This document shows, one piece after another, positions 20,249 to 29,506 of a DNA stretch of 61,551 nucleotides. The notes beneath the pieces are model-generated. The model was given only the letters and a program-made list of their open reading frames with translations, searched no databases and was not told where the DNA came from. Every line of letters starts with the position of its first letter. The stretch's first letter is position 1. This DNA comes from Minisyncoccota bacterium (GTDB lineage: Bacteria; Patescibacteriota; Minisyncoccia; Phycocordibacterales; UBA5272): the NCBI GenBank assembly GCA_043781255.1, contig JAYWBQ010000043.1:1-61551 (forward strand), in the 5' to 3' direction. The translations under genes and the position numbers were made by a program.

Positions 20249-21361
20249 TTATCTCCTGCTTAGTTCGATCGCTTCTAAAAGATTTTTGCTGACATAATTA
20301 ACTTCAGCTTGGGTTAATTCTGCAAAGAAGGGAAGGGCAAGTGTTTGTTTGGATATCTCTTCTGTAATAGGCAGATCACCTTCCTTATATCCGTAATCCT
20401 TTTTATAAAATTCCTGCAAATGTATAGCTGGAAAATAAATATTTGTAGCAATATCACGTTCCTTTAGAATACTGATCACTTTTGCTCGGTCAATTGAATC
20501 ATGTAGACGTATTACAAATACGAACCAACTTTCCTTATTATCTTTAGCAACATACGGGAGTATGATATCTTTGTTGTCACTAAGTTTTTTAATATACCTC
20601 TGAGCAACTGCTTCACGCATGGCAAGTAACTTGTTAATTTTTTTTAGTTGTGTAATGCCGAGCGCACAACTCATTTCATCTAGTCGGTAGTTGTAGCCAA
20701 TCCTACTATGTCCAAGCCATGCCATGGAGTCTCTTCCTTGGTTCTTGTAACTCTTGCATAGCGTCGCAATCTCTTCGTTATTGGTTACAATCATTCCTCC
20801 TTCACCTGTGGTCATTTGCTTGTTTGGGTAGAAGGCAAAGATTCCTGCATCACCAAATGTTCCTGCCATTCGCCCTTTATGAGTTGCTCCAATGGCTTCA
20901 CAGGCATCCTCTATGACTTTTAGATTATGCTTCTTGGCTATCTTCATGATGGCAGTCATATCACAGGTCTGTCCAAACACATGAACTACAAGGATTGCTT
21001 TTGTCTTAGCTGTAATTGCTGCCTCAATTTTTTTAGGATCAATACTATAAGTCTTTTTTTCTATATCAACAAAAACCACTTTTCCATCTTCAAAGAGAAT
21101 ACAATTTGAAGAAGCTACAAATGAAAAGGAGGTAGTTATGACCTCGTCACCCTTACCAATACCTAAAGACTTCACAATCAAGTGAAGGCCTGAGGTGCCA
21201 CTATTAACCGCAATTGCATGCTTAACACCAATATACTTAGCAAAATTCTCCTTGAATTCAGCAAGTTTTGGACCAAGACTTAATGTTCCTGATTCTAAAA
21301 CTTGAACAACCGCCGCTATGTCTTTTTTATCAATATGTGGTTTGCTTAAGCGTACTTTCAT
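20249..21361 (-). CDS. DegT/DnrJ/EryC1/StrS-family PLP-dependent sugar aminotransferase
   Basis: NSGTSGLHL, DACEAIG and FAFYPNKQMTTGEGG (PLP-lysine region). Confidence 0.9.
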   Translation of the reverse strand: MKVRLSKPHIDKKDIAAVVQVLESGTLSLGPKLAEFKENFAKYIGVKHAIAVNSGTSGLHLIVKSLGIGKGDEVITTSFSFVASSNCILFEDGKVVFVDIEKKTYSIDPKKIEAAITAKTKAILVVHVFGQTCDMTAIMKIAKKHNLKVIEDACEAIGATHKGRMAGTFGDAGIFAFYPNKQMTTGEGGMIVTNNEEIATLCKSYKNQGRDSMAWLGHSRIGYNYRLDEMSCALGITQLKKINKLLAMREAVAQRYIKKLSDNKDIILPYVAKDNKESWFVFVIRLHDSIDRAKVISILKERDIATNIYFPAIHLQEFYKKDYGYKEGDLPITEEISKQTLALPFFAELTQAEVNYVSKNLLEAIELSRR

Positions 21362-21386
21362 AATATATTAGTGTATTATAGTATTT

Positions 21387-22013
21387 TTATTTAGCTAAAT
21401 TAAAAGCACTTAGGTTCTCATTGTCGTGTAAATTCTTTATAACTGTTTGACCTGCAGCAACAATACAGTTACTTCCAATACTTACCCCATGAACGACAGA
21501 GCTCCCCGTTCCTAAAAGACTATCTTCTCCAATTGTAACATTTCCAGAGATCATTACACCAGGACAGATATGTGTGTTTCTTCCAACTCTACAATCATGA
21601 TTAATACAGGCTATATTACTGATAATAGCATAATCATTAATTACGACATCAGGTTGTAGAATTACCCCGTCTGCAATATAGACACCTTTACCGATATGTG
21701 CTACAAAATTAGAAAGTACTGTTGGCGCGATAATGGTTTCAAAACTGTAGCCTGCTTTTTCATATGAGCCTATGATTGCATTTCGTACTTCAGTTTTACC
21801 AACATGGCCAACCCCAAGAGCAAGGTATTTGGTTGTAAGATTTTTTTCAACGGGGTTTATTCTACCAAGTTTTGGCATTCCAAGGAGTGAAGTTTGGTCC
21901 TTGCTGTCGTCCAAAAATCCAATAACTTCATACTGAGGAAGTCGCAACAAAACTGCTGCCACACATTTTGCGTGGCCTCCTCCTCCTACGACAATTATCT
22001 GCTTTTTATCCAT
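21387..22013 (-). CDS. NeuD/PglD-family sugar N-acetyltransferase (left-handed beta-helix)
   Basis: IIVVGGGGHAKCV N-terminal domain followed by hexapeptide repeats. Internal ATG at 22013 gives the typical ~208 aa. Confidence 0.8.
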   Translation of the reverse strand: MDKKQIIVVGGGGHAKCVAAVLLRLPQYEVIGFLDDSKDQTSLLGMPKLGRINPVEKNLTTKYLALGVGHVGKTEVRNAIIGSYEKAGYSFETIIAPTVLSNFVAHIGKGVYIADGVILQPDVVINDYAIISNIACINHDCRVGRNTHICPGVMISGNVTIGEDSLLGTGSSVVHGVSIGSNCIVAAGQTVIKNLHDNENLSAFNLAK

Positions 22014-22129
22014 AACTATTTTAGTAAAAACTCTTTTAAATAAAGGGTCTATAGTATAAATACTACCACTAATAAAGTAAGATAACAACAAAAACAACTT
22101 ATAAGTATGATACAATAAGTCATACTATT

Positions 22130-22936
22130 ATGATTCTTTTTAAGAAAATTATATCCTTTTTTAGACGATATTTGTTTAAACATCCAGTCTATACTTTTAC
22201 TTACATATTTTCTTTCTTTCTGAAAGATTTTTCATTTAAGATACATTTTTATTCTCAAGATGAGATGGTAAAGTTTCTTCGCGAAGGTAAGTCGATTCTT
22301 AGATTTGGAGACGGCGATATGGTAAGTATTCCTCTTGACTTACAACATACCGCAGGTAAGCCGGATGAAAGAATTAAAAAATGGTACCGTACAATTGTTG
22401 CAGAGTATCAACGCAGTAGTCCTTATATTTTATCTATTCCAAGATTTCTTAATTTGTCTAACGAGGATATTAAAAAAATAGGTCCAAGGAAGTTTAATTT
22501 GTGGCTTCCTGTCAAGGTGATGTTTTTACTTAATTTTAATAAAAAAGTTTCCTATATGGATTCTCATAACTTCTACTATGATAACTATTTTGAAAAGGTT
22601 GTCGCTCCAGTATTTTATGATAAAAAAATAATTTTTGTTGTTAATAAAGTTATGGCAGATAAGCAGCGGGCAAATATCAATCTTCCGTGGAAAGATATTG
22701 TTTATGTAGAAGCTCCACCATATAATGCAATTGATGCATATGATGAAATTGTTTCAAATATTAATAATGCACTTGAGAAGTATAACAAAAAAGATATTGT
22801 ACTTTTTATTGCTATTGGTCCTGTTGCTAAACATCTTGTGTATGAGTATGCCCATAAAGGATACCAATCAATTGATCTAGGAAGATATGCAGATGTAATG
22901 TTTACAGGTGAATCGATTCAGCAATTTTCAATCTAA
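22130..22936 (+). CDS. GT-D-type glycosyltransferase-like protein (DUF1792 family), second copy
   Basis: EMVKFLREGKSILRFGDGDM motif. Paralogous to 13434..14276. Confidence 0.55.
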   Translation: MILFKKIISFFRRYLFKHPVYTFTYIFSFFLKDFSFKIHFYSQDEMVKFLREGKSILRFGDGDMVSIPLDLQHTAGKPDERIKKWYRTIVAEYQRSSPYILSIPRFLNLSNEDIKKIGPRKFNLWLPVKVMFLLNFNKKVSYMDSHNFYYDNYFEKVVAPVFYDKKIIFVVNKVMADKQRANINLPWKDIVYVEAPPYNAIDAYDEIVSNINNALEKYNKKDIVLFIAIGPVAKHLVYEYAHKGYQSIDLGRYADVMFTGESIQQFSI

Positions 22937-22940
22937 AATC

Positions 22941-23819
22941 ATGATAAAAAATATTCTCAAAAAAATTATCCCTTCGTATTATGTTGATCGTATCCGTGTT
23001 TATAGAAAAAATAAACGATTTGCAAAAAGATTTTTGTATAATAATGGAGAGGTATTTTTTAAGAAAATAGAAACATTAGGTGTTTCTTTTGAGATTCTCC
23101 TTAATCCATTTTTAAACTCTGGTGTTGATGAAGCGATTGCTGAGTTTGGTTATTGGGAGCCTAAAGTTGCAGAGCAGATTAAGAAAATATTATCAGCTGG
23201 TGGGACTTTTATCGACATTGGAGCAAATATCGGGTATCATTCGTTGCTTGCTGCTAAAATTTTAGGTGATAAAGGTCGAGTGTATTCATTTGAACCACAA
23301 GATGCCATATATCATCAGTTTATGAAAAGTCTTGCAAAGAATAATCTTAAAAATGTAACAGTGTATAATACTGCATTATCTGATCATAGTGGAGGTTCAA
23401 CATTGTATATACGAGAAGAAAATAGTGGAGGTTCAACATTATTGAAACTACCAAATATGGAAAGTTTCCATGTTGATTCTAGTTTAGAAGTGTCACTCGT
23501 AGTTCTTGATTCTTATATTGATAGATTTTCATTAGTTGATTTGATAAAGATCGATGTTGAGGGGCATGAGTATGAAGTTTTTAAGGGTGGACAGAAACTT
23601 CTAAGTACGTATCATCCAACCATTATTATGGAATTCAGTCCAGTTTTTTATATTCAAGATTATGCACATAAAGCAGAAGACTTAATTGATTTTCTAAAAA
23701 CACTAGGGTATACATTTTTTGATATGTCTGAAAAACCAATTGACCTTAATCTGTGGTTGCAGGTAGGTAGTAATCGTACTTCTCAAATAGACGTTATTTG
23801 TAAATATAAGTTCTCTTAA
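22941..23819 (+). CDS. FkbM-family methyltransferase
   Basis: FIDIGANIGYHS, ALSDHSGGSTLY and IKIDVEGHEYEVFKG. Confidence 0.85.
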   Translation: MIKNILKKIIPSYYVDRIRVYRKNKRFAKRFLYNNGEVFFKKIETLGVSFEILLNPFLNSGVDEAIAEFGYWEPKVAEQIKKILSAGGTFIDIGANIGYHSLLAAKILGDKGRVYSFEPQDAIYHQFMKSLAKNNLKNVTVYNTALSDHSGGSTLYIREENSGGSTLLKLPNMESFHVDSSLEVSLVVLDSYIDRFSLVDLIKIDVEGHEYEVFKGGQKLLSTYHPTIIMEFSPVFYIQDYAHKAEDLIDFLKTLGYTFFDMSEKPIDLNLWLQVGSNRTSQIDVICKYKFS

Positions 23820-23824
23820 CATTT

Positions 23825-24616
23825 TTAGTTACTATAGAATGCCTTTAATTCAGCAAGTTGTTCGATAATTGGTTTTATTGACTTATCAGATGCAAGGCAT
23901 TTATTGGTACCTACAGGAGATTCAAAAGGAATGATAGTTATTTCTTTTTCATAGACTTGCTTAATATCTTCTAATAATTCATATTTGCTTCGTATGGCGT
24001 CCGTCCCGTACTGCGTAAGGGTAGGGTAACTATTCCAGGTGTTAATGTGGTCCTCACACTGTTTTGCCCACTCTAATGTTGTGATGCCATTCCAGTAATG
24101 ATTGGTGTAGCCATTTGTCTGACCGTTTGTACTTAAGAACCAGTCAAGAAGAGAAAGGCTTGTGTTCTCTTCATGGCCGATAATTGAGGTACGAATAATC
24201 TTCGTATTCTTAAATGACTCCTCGATCATTCTTGAAATGTCTGCCTTACTTTTACCATAGATATCTTCAGCATCTCGCACTGACTGTTTAGTATATTTCT
24301 TATCATTTGGTAATGTTCCAGAAAACTCGCAATCAGTAGAAGGATGGATGACTTTTGTTCCCAGAGTTTCTAAGAATACAGGAAGATCAACATTAACCTT
24401 CTGGTATGCTTCAGGTTGTGGTTTCTTCTGTGGAATAATACCAACGCAATTAATAATAAAATCTGCTTTAACAAGTGAAGGGTTATTCTTAAATGATTCA
24501 TCGTCCCATCTATCGCTAATGGTCAGTAAGGTGTATAGATCCTTTTTTGTATCAAAGTATTTATAAACAGCGTTCCCTAACATTCCTTTATGACCAAGAA
24601 TAAGGATTTTTTTCAT
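23825..24616 (-). CDS. RmlD-like NAD(P)-dependent sugar-nucleotide reductase/epimerase
   Basis: KILILGHKGMLGNAV Rossmann motif and YGKSK catalytic YxxxK. Confidence 0.65.
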   Translation of the reverse strand: MKKILILGHKGMLGNAVYKYFDTKKDLYTLLTISDRWDDESFKNNPSLVKADFIINCVGIIPQKKPQPEAYQKVNVDLPVFLETLGTKVIHPSTDCEFSGTLPNDKKYTKQSVRDAEDIYGKSKADISRMIEESFKNTKIIRTSIIGHEENTSLSLLDWFLSTNGQTNGYTNHYWNGITTLEWAKQCEDHINTWNSYPTLTQYGTDAIRSKYELLEDIKQVYEKEITIIPFESPVGTNKCLASDKSIKPIIEQLAELKAFYSN

Positions 24617-24623
24617 TATAATT

Positions 24624-25571
24624 TTAGTGAGCTATTGGGCGGAAATAATTATGCTTCTTGAGCATTTCCTTTAGTTCAGTTTTTGATATGACGCAGTTCT
24701 CTGAACTTAAGCCATCTTTCATGGTCTTTACTTCATTGAACACTTCCCTGAAGTGAATCAAATAGGTGTCTGATTCTTTATGGTACTTAGTCCTGTCTAT
24801 TTCGTGAGGTGAGAACATTTGTTCATGGATCTTCTCAGAAATTCTTGGTATGCCTGCTGTCCACTTAAGACCGAATTCCTCCTCATATATTTCAAAAAGG
24901 TCTTTGATCTTGAATGACTTTAAGTTAGGCACGATGTTATACCCAGTATGTTGAAATGCGAGCTCAATACTATCAAGCGCCTTATCAATATCAATCCAAA
25001 AACGTGTCATTTCCTCACCATAGAGACTTAGTGGGTACTTATGTTCAATGGAATTCCAGATAAGGGGAATAATTGAACCAGTTGAGTTAAGAACGTTACC
25101 ATAGATAACTGATGATAGTTTTGTTTTTTCTTTTTCAGCATTAACGATGAATGCCTCACCGGCAACGAACTTCATGGCTCCGTAGAGAGTTGTAGCTGAC
25201 CTGCTCTTGTCAGATGAAATGAATGCTGCAGCCTTTAGGTTGTTTCGTATTGCTGCCTTTCTTGAGTTGATTGCTCCACGAATGATCACTTCAATTGATT
25301 CTTCCACATTCTGGTCGACTGCCTCAATCTGCTTAAGTGATGCAGCAAAGATACCAAGAGTATGTCCCTTGATCGCATCATTTAATAAATCATAATTTCG
25401 CACGTCCCCAATTACACAGTTCACTTTAGGAAACTTCTTCTTGAGATAATAATGCTTGGCTTCGTCACGACTAAAGATCGTAATCTCATTGTTACTATAA
25501 AAGCGCTCCACCAGATGTTGACCAAGGAAACCAGCCCCACCAGTAATAAAGATTTTTTCTCCTTTGATCAT
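24624..25571 (-). CDS. UDP-sugar 4,6-dehydratase (PseB/FlaA1/CapD-like polysaccharide biosynthesis protein)
   Basis: KIFITGGAGFLGQHLV, FSRDEAKHYYLKKKF, GDVRNYD and YGAMKFV. Confidence 0.8.
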   Translation of the reverse strand: MIKGEKIFITGGAGFLGQHLVERFYSNNEITIFSRDEAKHYYLKKKFPKVNCVIGDVRNYDLLNDAIKGHTLGIFAASLKQIEAVDQNVEESIEVIIRGAINSRKAAIRNNLKAAAFISSDKSRSATTLYGAMKFVAGEAFIVNAEKEKTKLSSVIYGNVLNSTGSIIPLIWNSIEHKYPLSLYGEEMTRFWIDIDKALDSIELAFQHTGYNIVPNLKSFKIKDLFEIYEEEFGLKWTAGIPRISEKIHEQMFSPHEIDRTKYHKESDTYLIHFREVFNEVKTMKDGLSSENCVISKTELKEMLKKHNYFRPIAH

Positions 25572-25646
25572 GTATTTAGATATTTTCTTATTTTAGCACA
25601 TAAGTTATCCATTTAACATCTGTCGAGAAATAGAATTAGTTGTGGA

Positions 25647-25681
25647 AAAGGCTCACCAACGTGAAGTCGGTGAGCCTTTTT
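25647..25681. terminator. Bidirectional intrinsic terminator
   Basis: aaaaggctcacc-aacgtgaagtc-ggtgagcctttt, with A/T runs on both sides. Confidence 0.7.
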
Positions 25682-25699
25682 AGTTTAACCATAAAGAGA

Positions 25700-26437
25700 T
25701 CAGTCCTGGTTGGCTTTCATCAGTTGTGATGTAAGCAGTGGCTGATCGTACAGCCAGCGGAGATAGTCTTCCCAGACTTCCACCGTAGCAACATCGCCGG
25801 GAGAGCCACTTTCTTTTTTAAGTTGGTAGCTCTTCATTCGAGGGTCTGCCTCGGCATGAATGACATCCATCTCACATAAGTCGCGCACTAGTGACTTGGC
25901 ATCAAGTAGTGATCGCTCAAATGGCGAGATCGGAGTTGTCTTTGGAATGATGGGAATTCTGATTCCAAGACGCCTGAAAGATTCAACGGTCGTGAGCAAT
26001 CCACGGAGAAAGTGAAATGATGGAATGTACAAGGCGACGCTTGTGATTCCGAGTTCTTTGACCTTCTCAGCAACTCAGGTGGCTTGCTGACCAGCATGGC
26101 CGGCATGAATCTGGGTATGTACCCCATGTTGGCGACGAAGCCCAAGAGTCTCCTCCATCTTTGATAAGGAGAACTTCTCTTCGGCAACATCTTGCTCATG
26201 GTACCCAGCCACCAAGAGGTGGCGCTTGCCGATGCCATTGTTCCAATCCAAGACTGCATGCCGTGGCGCAGCATCAAGAACGATTCCAGGCCAAGCAACA
26301 AGTGCGTCGACTTCCCGGAGAATTTCTGATGTGTGTGGAACGGAGAGTGCCTGGATCGCAAGGCTGTAGAAGATACTAGTTTCTGTTGGTGTTCCTTTGT
26401 GGTTTATGCGGTTAGCTGCTGTAGTATACTGGCTCAT
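25700..26437 (-). pseudogene. GC-rich foreign gene of unknown function, one reading frame interrupted by a single in-frame TGA (26075-26077)
   Basis: ORFs 26075..26437 and 25700..26032 are in the same frame (offset 405 nt). Translation continues ...HAGHAGQQAT*VAEKVKELGITSVALYIPSF... GC is about 50% against ~35% in the flanks. AGGAG lies 6 nt upstream of the ATG. Confidence 0.7.
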
Positions 26438-26615
26438 TCTGAACTCCTAGTTTGTGGAAGAAAATATGTACTAGCCAAGTTTAGGATATCATTTTTCTTT
26501 ACTTTTGTCAATCATTGACAAAGTTAAGTATATTTGGTACTTTGTATATAGATAATCTTGAAAATAACCTTTCCAAGATTACTTATTCCCACTTAACCCT
26601 CTTAAGGAGTACTTA

Positions 26616-27452
26616 ATGAACTTTAAAGTTGGCTTTGTTACCATGGTATTTCTATGGGGAACAATGGCGATGATACCAATTGCAAAACTTTTGCCGTACG
26701 ATGCCTATCTGCTTACTTTCGTGCGAGGTGTTCCGGCTGTTGTTATTGCTGGGTTATTGCTTTTCTTCACAAAAGGGAAAGTTCAGTTGCCAAGCAAGAA
26801 TACCGTCCAGTGCGTCCTTGCGTTTACTGTAGCAGCCTTTGCACTCTTTCAGGCAATTATCTTTTGGGGGCCAGGTCTTAGTGCCGTGATTCTTGATATG
26901 GCCGTGCTCGTCAATTTTGTGATCGCTTGGTCTCGAGGGGAAAAACCAAATAAGGTTCAACTTTTGATTTTTGCTTTTGCCATCGTCGGCTCATTTCTCG
27001 CCGTTCGGGGGTGGAGCATCGAAGGGTTCTCTTTTTTTGGGCTTGTGTGGAGCCTTGTGGCAATGATAGCAAATGGTCTATTTATCGAATGTATCACAAA
27101 AGGAGACCAAGAACTCCCGGTGCAAGTTTTTTGGCTTGGGTCAGGACTTGCTTTGCTTGGTGGAGTGTTTTCATTTTCCACTCTTGGGGTTTTTTTGGAT
27201 TTGTCACCAAGACAGATCATACTTACTACGATTCTAGGGGTTACTACCGGAGCAATGAATTTCTTTTTTGGATTTCTTGCAGGTAAAAACCTGAAACCAG
27301 TAACTCTCGGGTTGCTTGTTCTGGGTGTTACCCCTTCGATACTCATCTCGTCGTACTTTATTCTCGGAACAGCACTCCATGCTGACCAGTTGGTGGGAGT
27401 TGTGGTCATGATTACCTCCCTTGCTGTGTTTAAGACGATTTCAGCGAAATGA
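26616..27452 (+). CDS. EamA/DMT-superfamily transporter (10 TM)
   Basis: 278 aa with about ten hydrophobic helices. AAGGAG (26603-26608) lies 7 nt upstream. GC is moderately elevated. Confidence 0.65.
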   Translation: MNFKVGFVTMVFLWGTMAMIPIAKLLPYDAYLLTFVRGVPAVVIAGLLLFFTKGKVQLPSKNTVQCVLAFTVAAFALFQAIIFWGPGLSAVILDMAVLVNFVIAWSRGEKPNKVQLLIFAFAIVGSFLAVRGWSIEGFSFFGLVWSLVAMIANGLFIECITKGDQELPVQVFWLGSGLALLGGVFSFSTLGVFLDLSPRQIILTTILGVTTGAMNFFFGFLAGKNLKPVTLGLLVLGVTPSILISSYFILGTALHADQLVGVVVMITSLAVFKTISAK

Positions 27453-27479
27453 AGTAAGGGTTTTGTGAAAATGGTTTTG

Positions 27480-27517
27480 AAACACCAAAGTTGCCCATCA
27501 ACTTTGGTGTTTTTATT
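27480..27517 (+). terminator. Intrinsic terminator
   Basis: aaacaccaaagttg-ccca-tcaactttggtgttt followed by a T-rich tract. Confidence 0.75.
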
Positions 27518-27595
27518 TGCAACTCAATACCTTAATTGTCAATAGTATACTAATGTTGGTTTTCTAGTATACTTATATAGATATAAAACTTAAAC

Positions 27596-27639
27596 AACTG
27601 AAACTGATTAACTAATTAACTGAAACTGATTAACTAATT
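27596..27639. repeat. Perfect tandem duplication, 2 x 22 bp (aactgaaactgattaactaatt)
   Basis: 27596-27617 is identical to 27618-27639. Located 18 nt upstream of the GT2 start codon. Confidence 0.9.
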
Positions 27640-27656
27640 TAATAATTTAAATTTAT

Positions 27657-28685
27657 ATGTATCCAAAAGTAACCGCGGTCACAATCATGTATGGAGACCG
27701 ATGGAAGTTCCTTTCACAAGTTGTCATCGCGATTATGCGCGATCCGCATATTACTAAGTTTGTCATTGTTGATAATGGGTCGGCTATTAAAGGGCAGATA
27801 CAAGAAGGCGTTAAGAGCTATGGAGACAGAGTGGTAGTCATTGAGACAGGCAAGAATCTTGGTTCTGCTGGAGGATTCGCTAAAGGTATTGAATACGCAC
27901 GAGGAACTGACTGTGACTTCGTCTATCTTCTTGATGATGATTCAGTTCCTGAAGATAACTCAGTAAGCATGTTCATGGAAACGCTCAAGCTCTTCCCGGA
28001 CAAGAAAATTGTTCTTTCGGGTAATCGCCACACAGTGCTTGATAATAAGGAAGTGTTCTATAAGCGCTCAATACTAGATGACACTCCACGTGGGACTTTT
28101 TTTGAAGTATTTAGTTTCCGTAAAATAATGCATTTCTTTGGTCTCTTTTTTATTCAGAATAAGAAACACCTTAAGCGCGGACCATTTATACCAATAATTC
28201 CAACGGAGGCATTTATCTATGGGGGAGCATTCATTCCAATTGAAGCTATCAGACTGGCTCCATTACCTGATGCCTCACTATTTCTTTACGGAGACGACAT
28301 TGAATACTCTTGGAATATCAAGAAGCTCGGATATCAGTCATATCTTGGTGTGCACCCAAGGCTTAATGATGTTGATCATACGTTTGGTGAAAACGGGTCA
28401 CATATTTTCAGTCAGTTCGATAAGAAGACGTTAGATTTCAAAGTGTACTACAGGCTTCGGAATATGGTTCGTCTTTCAGTACGCCACAGCCACCAAGCAA
28501 GATGGGTATTATTCCTTAATATTATTTTCTGGGTACTCGGACTCTATATTCTAGGATTCTTAAAAACCGGGCTAACTTCAACGTACTTTAAAAGAGTCGC
28601 ACTGATGGCAAAGGCCGTGTATGCTGGATATTTCCCACTCTCACATACTGCAAAGGAAATTGAAAACTCTTTCTTCGCTAAGTAG
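27657..28685 (+). CDS. Family 2 glycosyltransferase (rhamnosyltransferase-like)
   Basis: VTAVTIMYG, VDNGS and LLDDDSVP (DxD), with a C-terminal TM segment. Confidence 0.8.
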   Translation: MYPKVTAVTIMYGDRWKFLSQVVIAIMRDPHITKFVIVDNGSAIKGQIQEGVKSYGDRVVVIETGKNLGSAGGFAKGIEYARGTDCDFVYLLDDDSVPEDNSVSMFMETLKLFPDKKIVLSGNRHTVLDNKEVFYKRSILDDTPRGTFFEVFSFRKIMHFFGLFFIQNKKHLKRGPFIPIIPTEAFIYGGAFIPIEAIRLAPLPDASLFLYGDDIEYSWNIKKLGYQSYLGVHPRLNDVDHTFGENGSHIFSQFDKKTLDFKVYYRLRNMVRLSVRHSHQARWVLFLNIIFWVLGLYILGFLKTGLTSTYFKRVALMAKAVYAGYFPLSHTAKEIENSFFAK

Positions 28686-28692
28686 CTGAGAA

Positions 28693-29502
28693 TTAATCGT
28701 ATTTGCTAAATACGTAGTCTTTATTCTCATACATTGTGCTTTCGAACTTGTCTCTACGTTGTTTAACAAGAAGTGGAACGAAGTGGTATAACTTAAGTCC
28801 ATTTTTAATTCTGGCGATGTTTTGAATACGATCCGCCGGGTAAATAATGCCTTTCTGTACCTCAAGTAATTTTGCTACTCCTTTTTTAGTCACCAGGTAA
28901 CATCCTGCAAGATAGATTGGACGATAGAATTTTGCAGGCTTACCACGTCTATAGACACTCCTATAAAGTTCATTCCGTAGTCCTTCATATATTGAGTAGA
29001 AGCTAAGAACAACTCCTTTTGCAAGATAGAGTGGAATTTTAAGATAAAGATTAAGTGATGGTATTTTTTTAAATTGCTCTGACAATAAGAAGAACCAAAG
29101 TTTCATATACTTATATCCAACCGTGGGATAGTTAAATGCAAGATACTCCCAATCAGTTTTATTTTTATGTCGTTCCTTAAGTACATAATCTATAACTTCC
29201 TTGAAGTTGCCTGGCAGCTCAACATCATCTTCCAAAATAAGAACATAATCCAACTCCTCGTTCATTGCCTGTTCTAAAATAAGACGATGCGACATCGCAC
29301 AACCCTTTTCAACTAACGCTAATGATGAGCCGTTATATTTTCTCGCAATCTCGTCACTATAAACATCACTAAAATCATACGTCTTACCATCTACTCCAGG
29401 CTGGCGAATAAACGAAATAGCATTGGAATCCAATTGGTTACTCATGAAGACAAGTCGCTCCTTACTTTTGTCCATATTAATAAGAAAGGTTTTGAACTTC
29501 AT
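28693..29502 (-). CDS. Family 25 glycosyltransferase
   Basis: FLINMDKSKERL, GCAMSHRLI and LILEDDVEL, the typical GT25 pattern. Confidence 0.75.
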   Translation of the reverse strand: MKFKTFLINMDKSKERLVFMSNQLDSNAISFIRQPGVDGKTYDFSDVYSDEIARKYNGSSLALVEKGCAMSHRLILEQAMNEELDYVLILEDDVELPGNFKEVIDYVLKERHKNKTDWEYLAFNYPTVGYKYMKLWFFLLSEQFKKIPSLNLYLKIPLYLAKGVVLSFYSIYEGLRNELYRSVYRRGKPAKFYRPIYLAGCYLVTKKGVAKLLEVQKGIIYPADRIQNIARIKNGLKLYHFVPLLVKQRRDKFESTMYENKDYVFSKYD

Positions 29503-29506
29503 ATGT

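Noticed and set aside
25888-26379. ORFs 25888..26361(-) and 26161..26379(+) in the GC-rich island
   Set aside because: Alternative-frame ORFs typical of GC-rich DNA. The frame 26437 to 25700 gives a continuous protein-like sequence apart from one TGA.
25700-26437. Genome-wide TGA reassignment (code 4/25) or selenocysteine as the explanation for the in-frame TGA
   Set aside because: Native genes terminate at TGA (7749-7751, 15785-15787). All other long ORFs are intact under the standard code. No obvious SECIS-like hairpin follows the codon. Kept only as an alternative in the finding.
27596-27639. CRISPR array
   Set aside because: Only two directly abutting 22-bp copies with no spacers. No other repeat-spacer structure and no cas genes were seen anywhere in the window.
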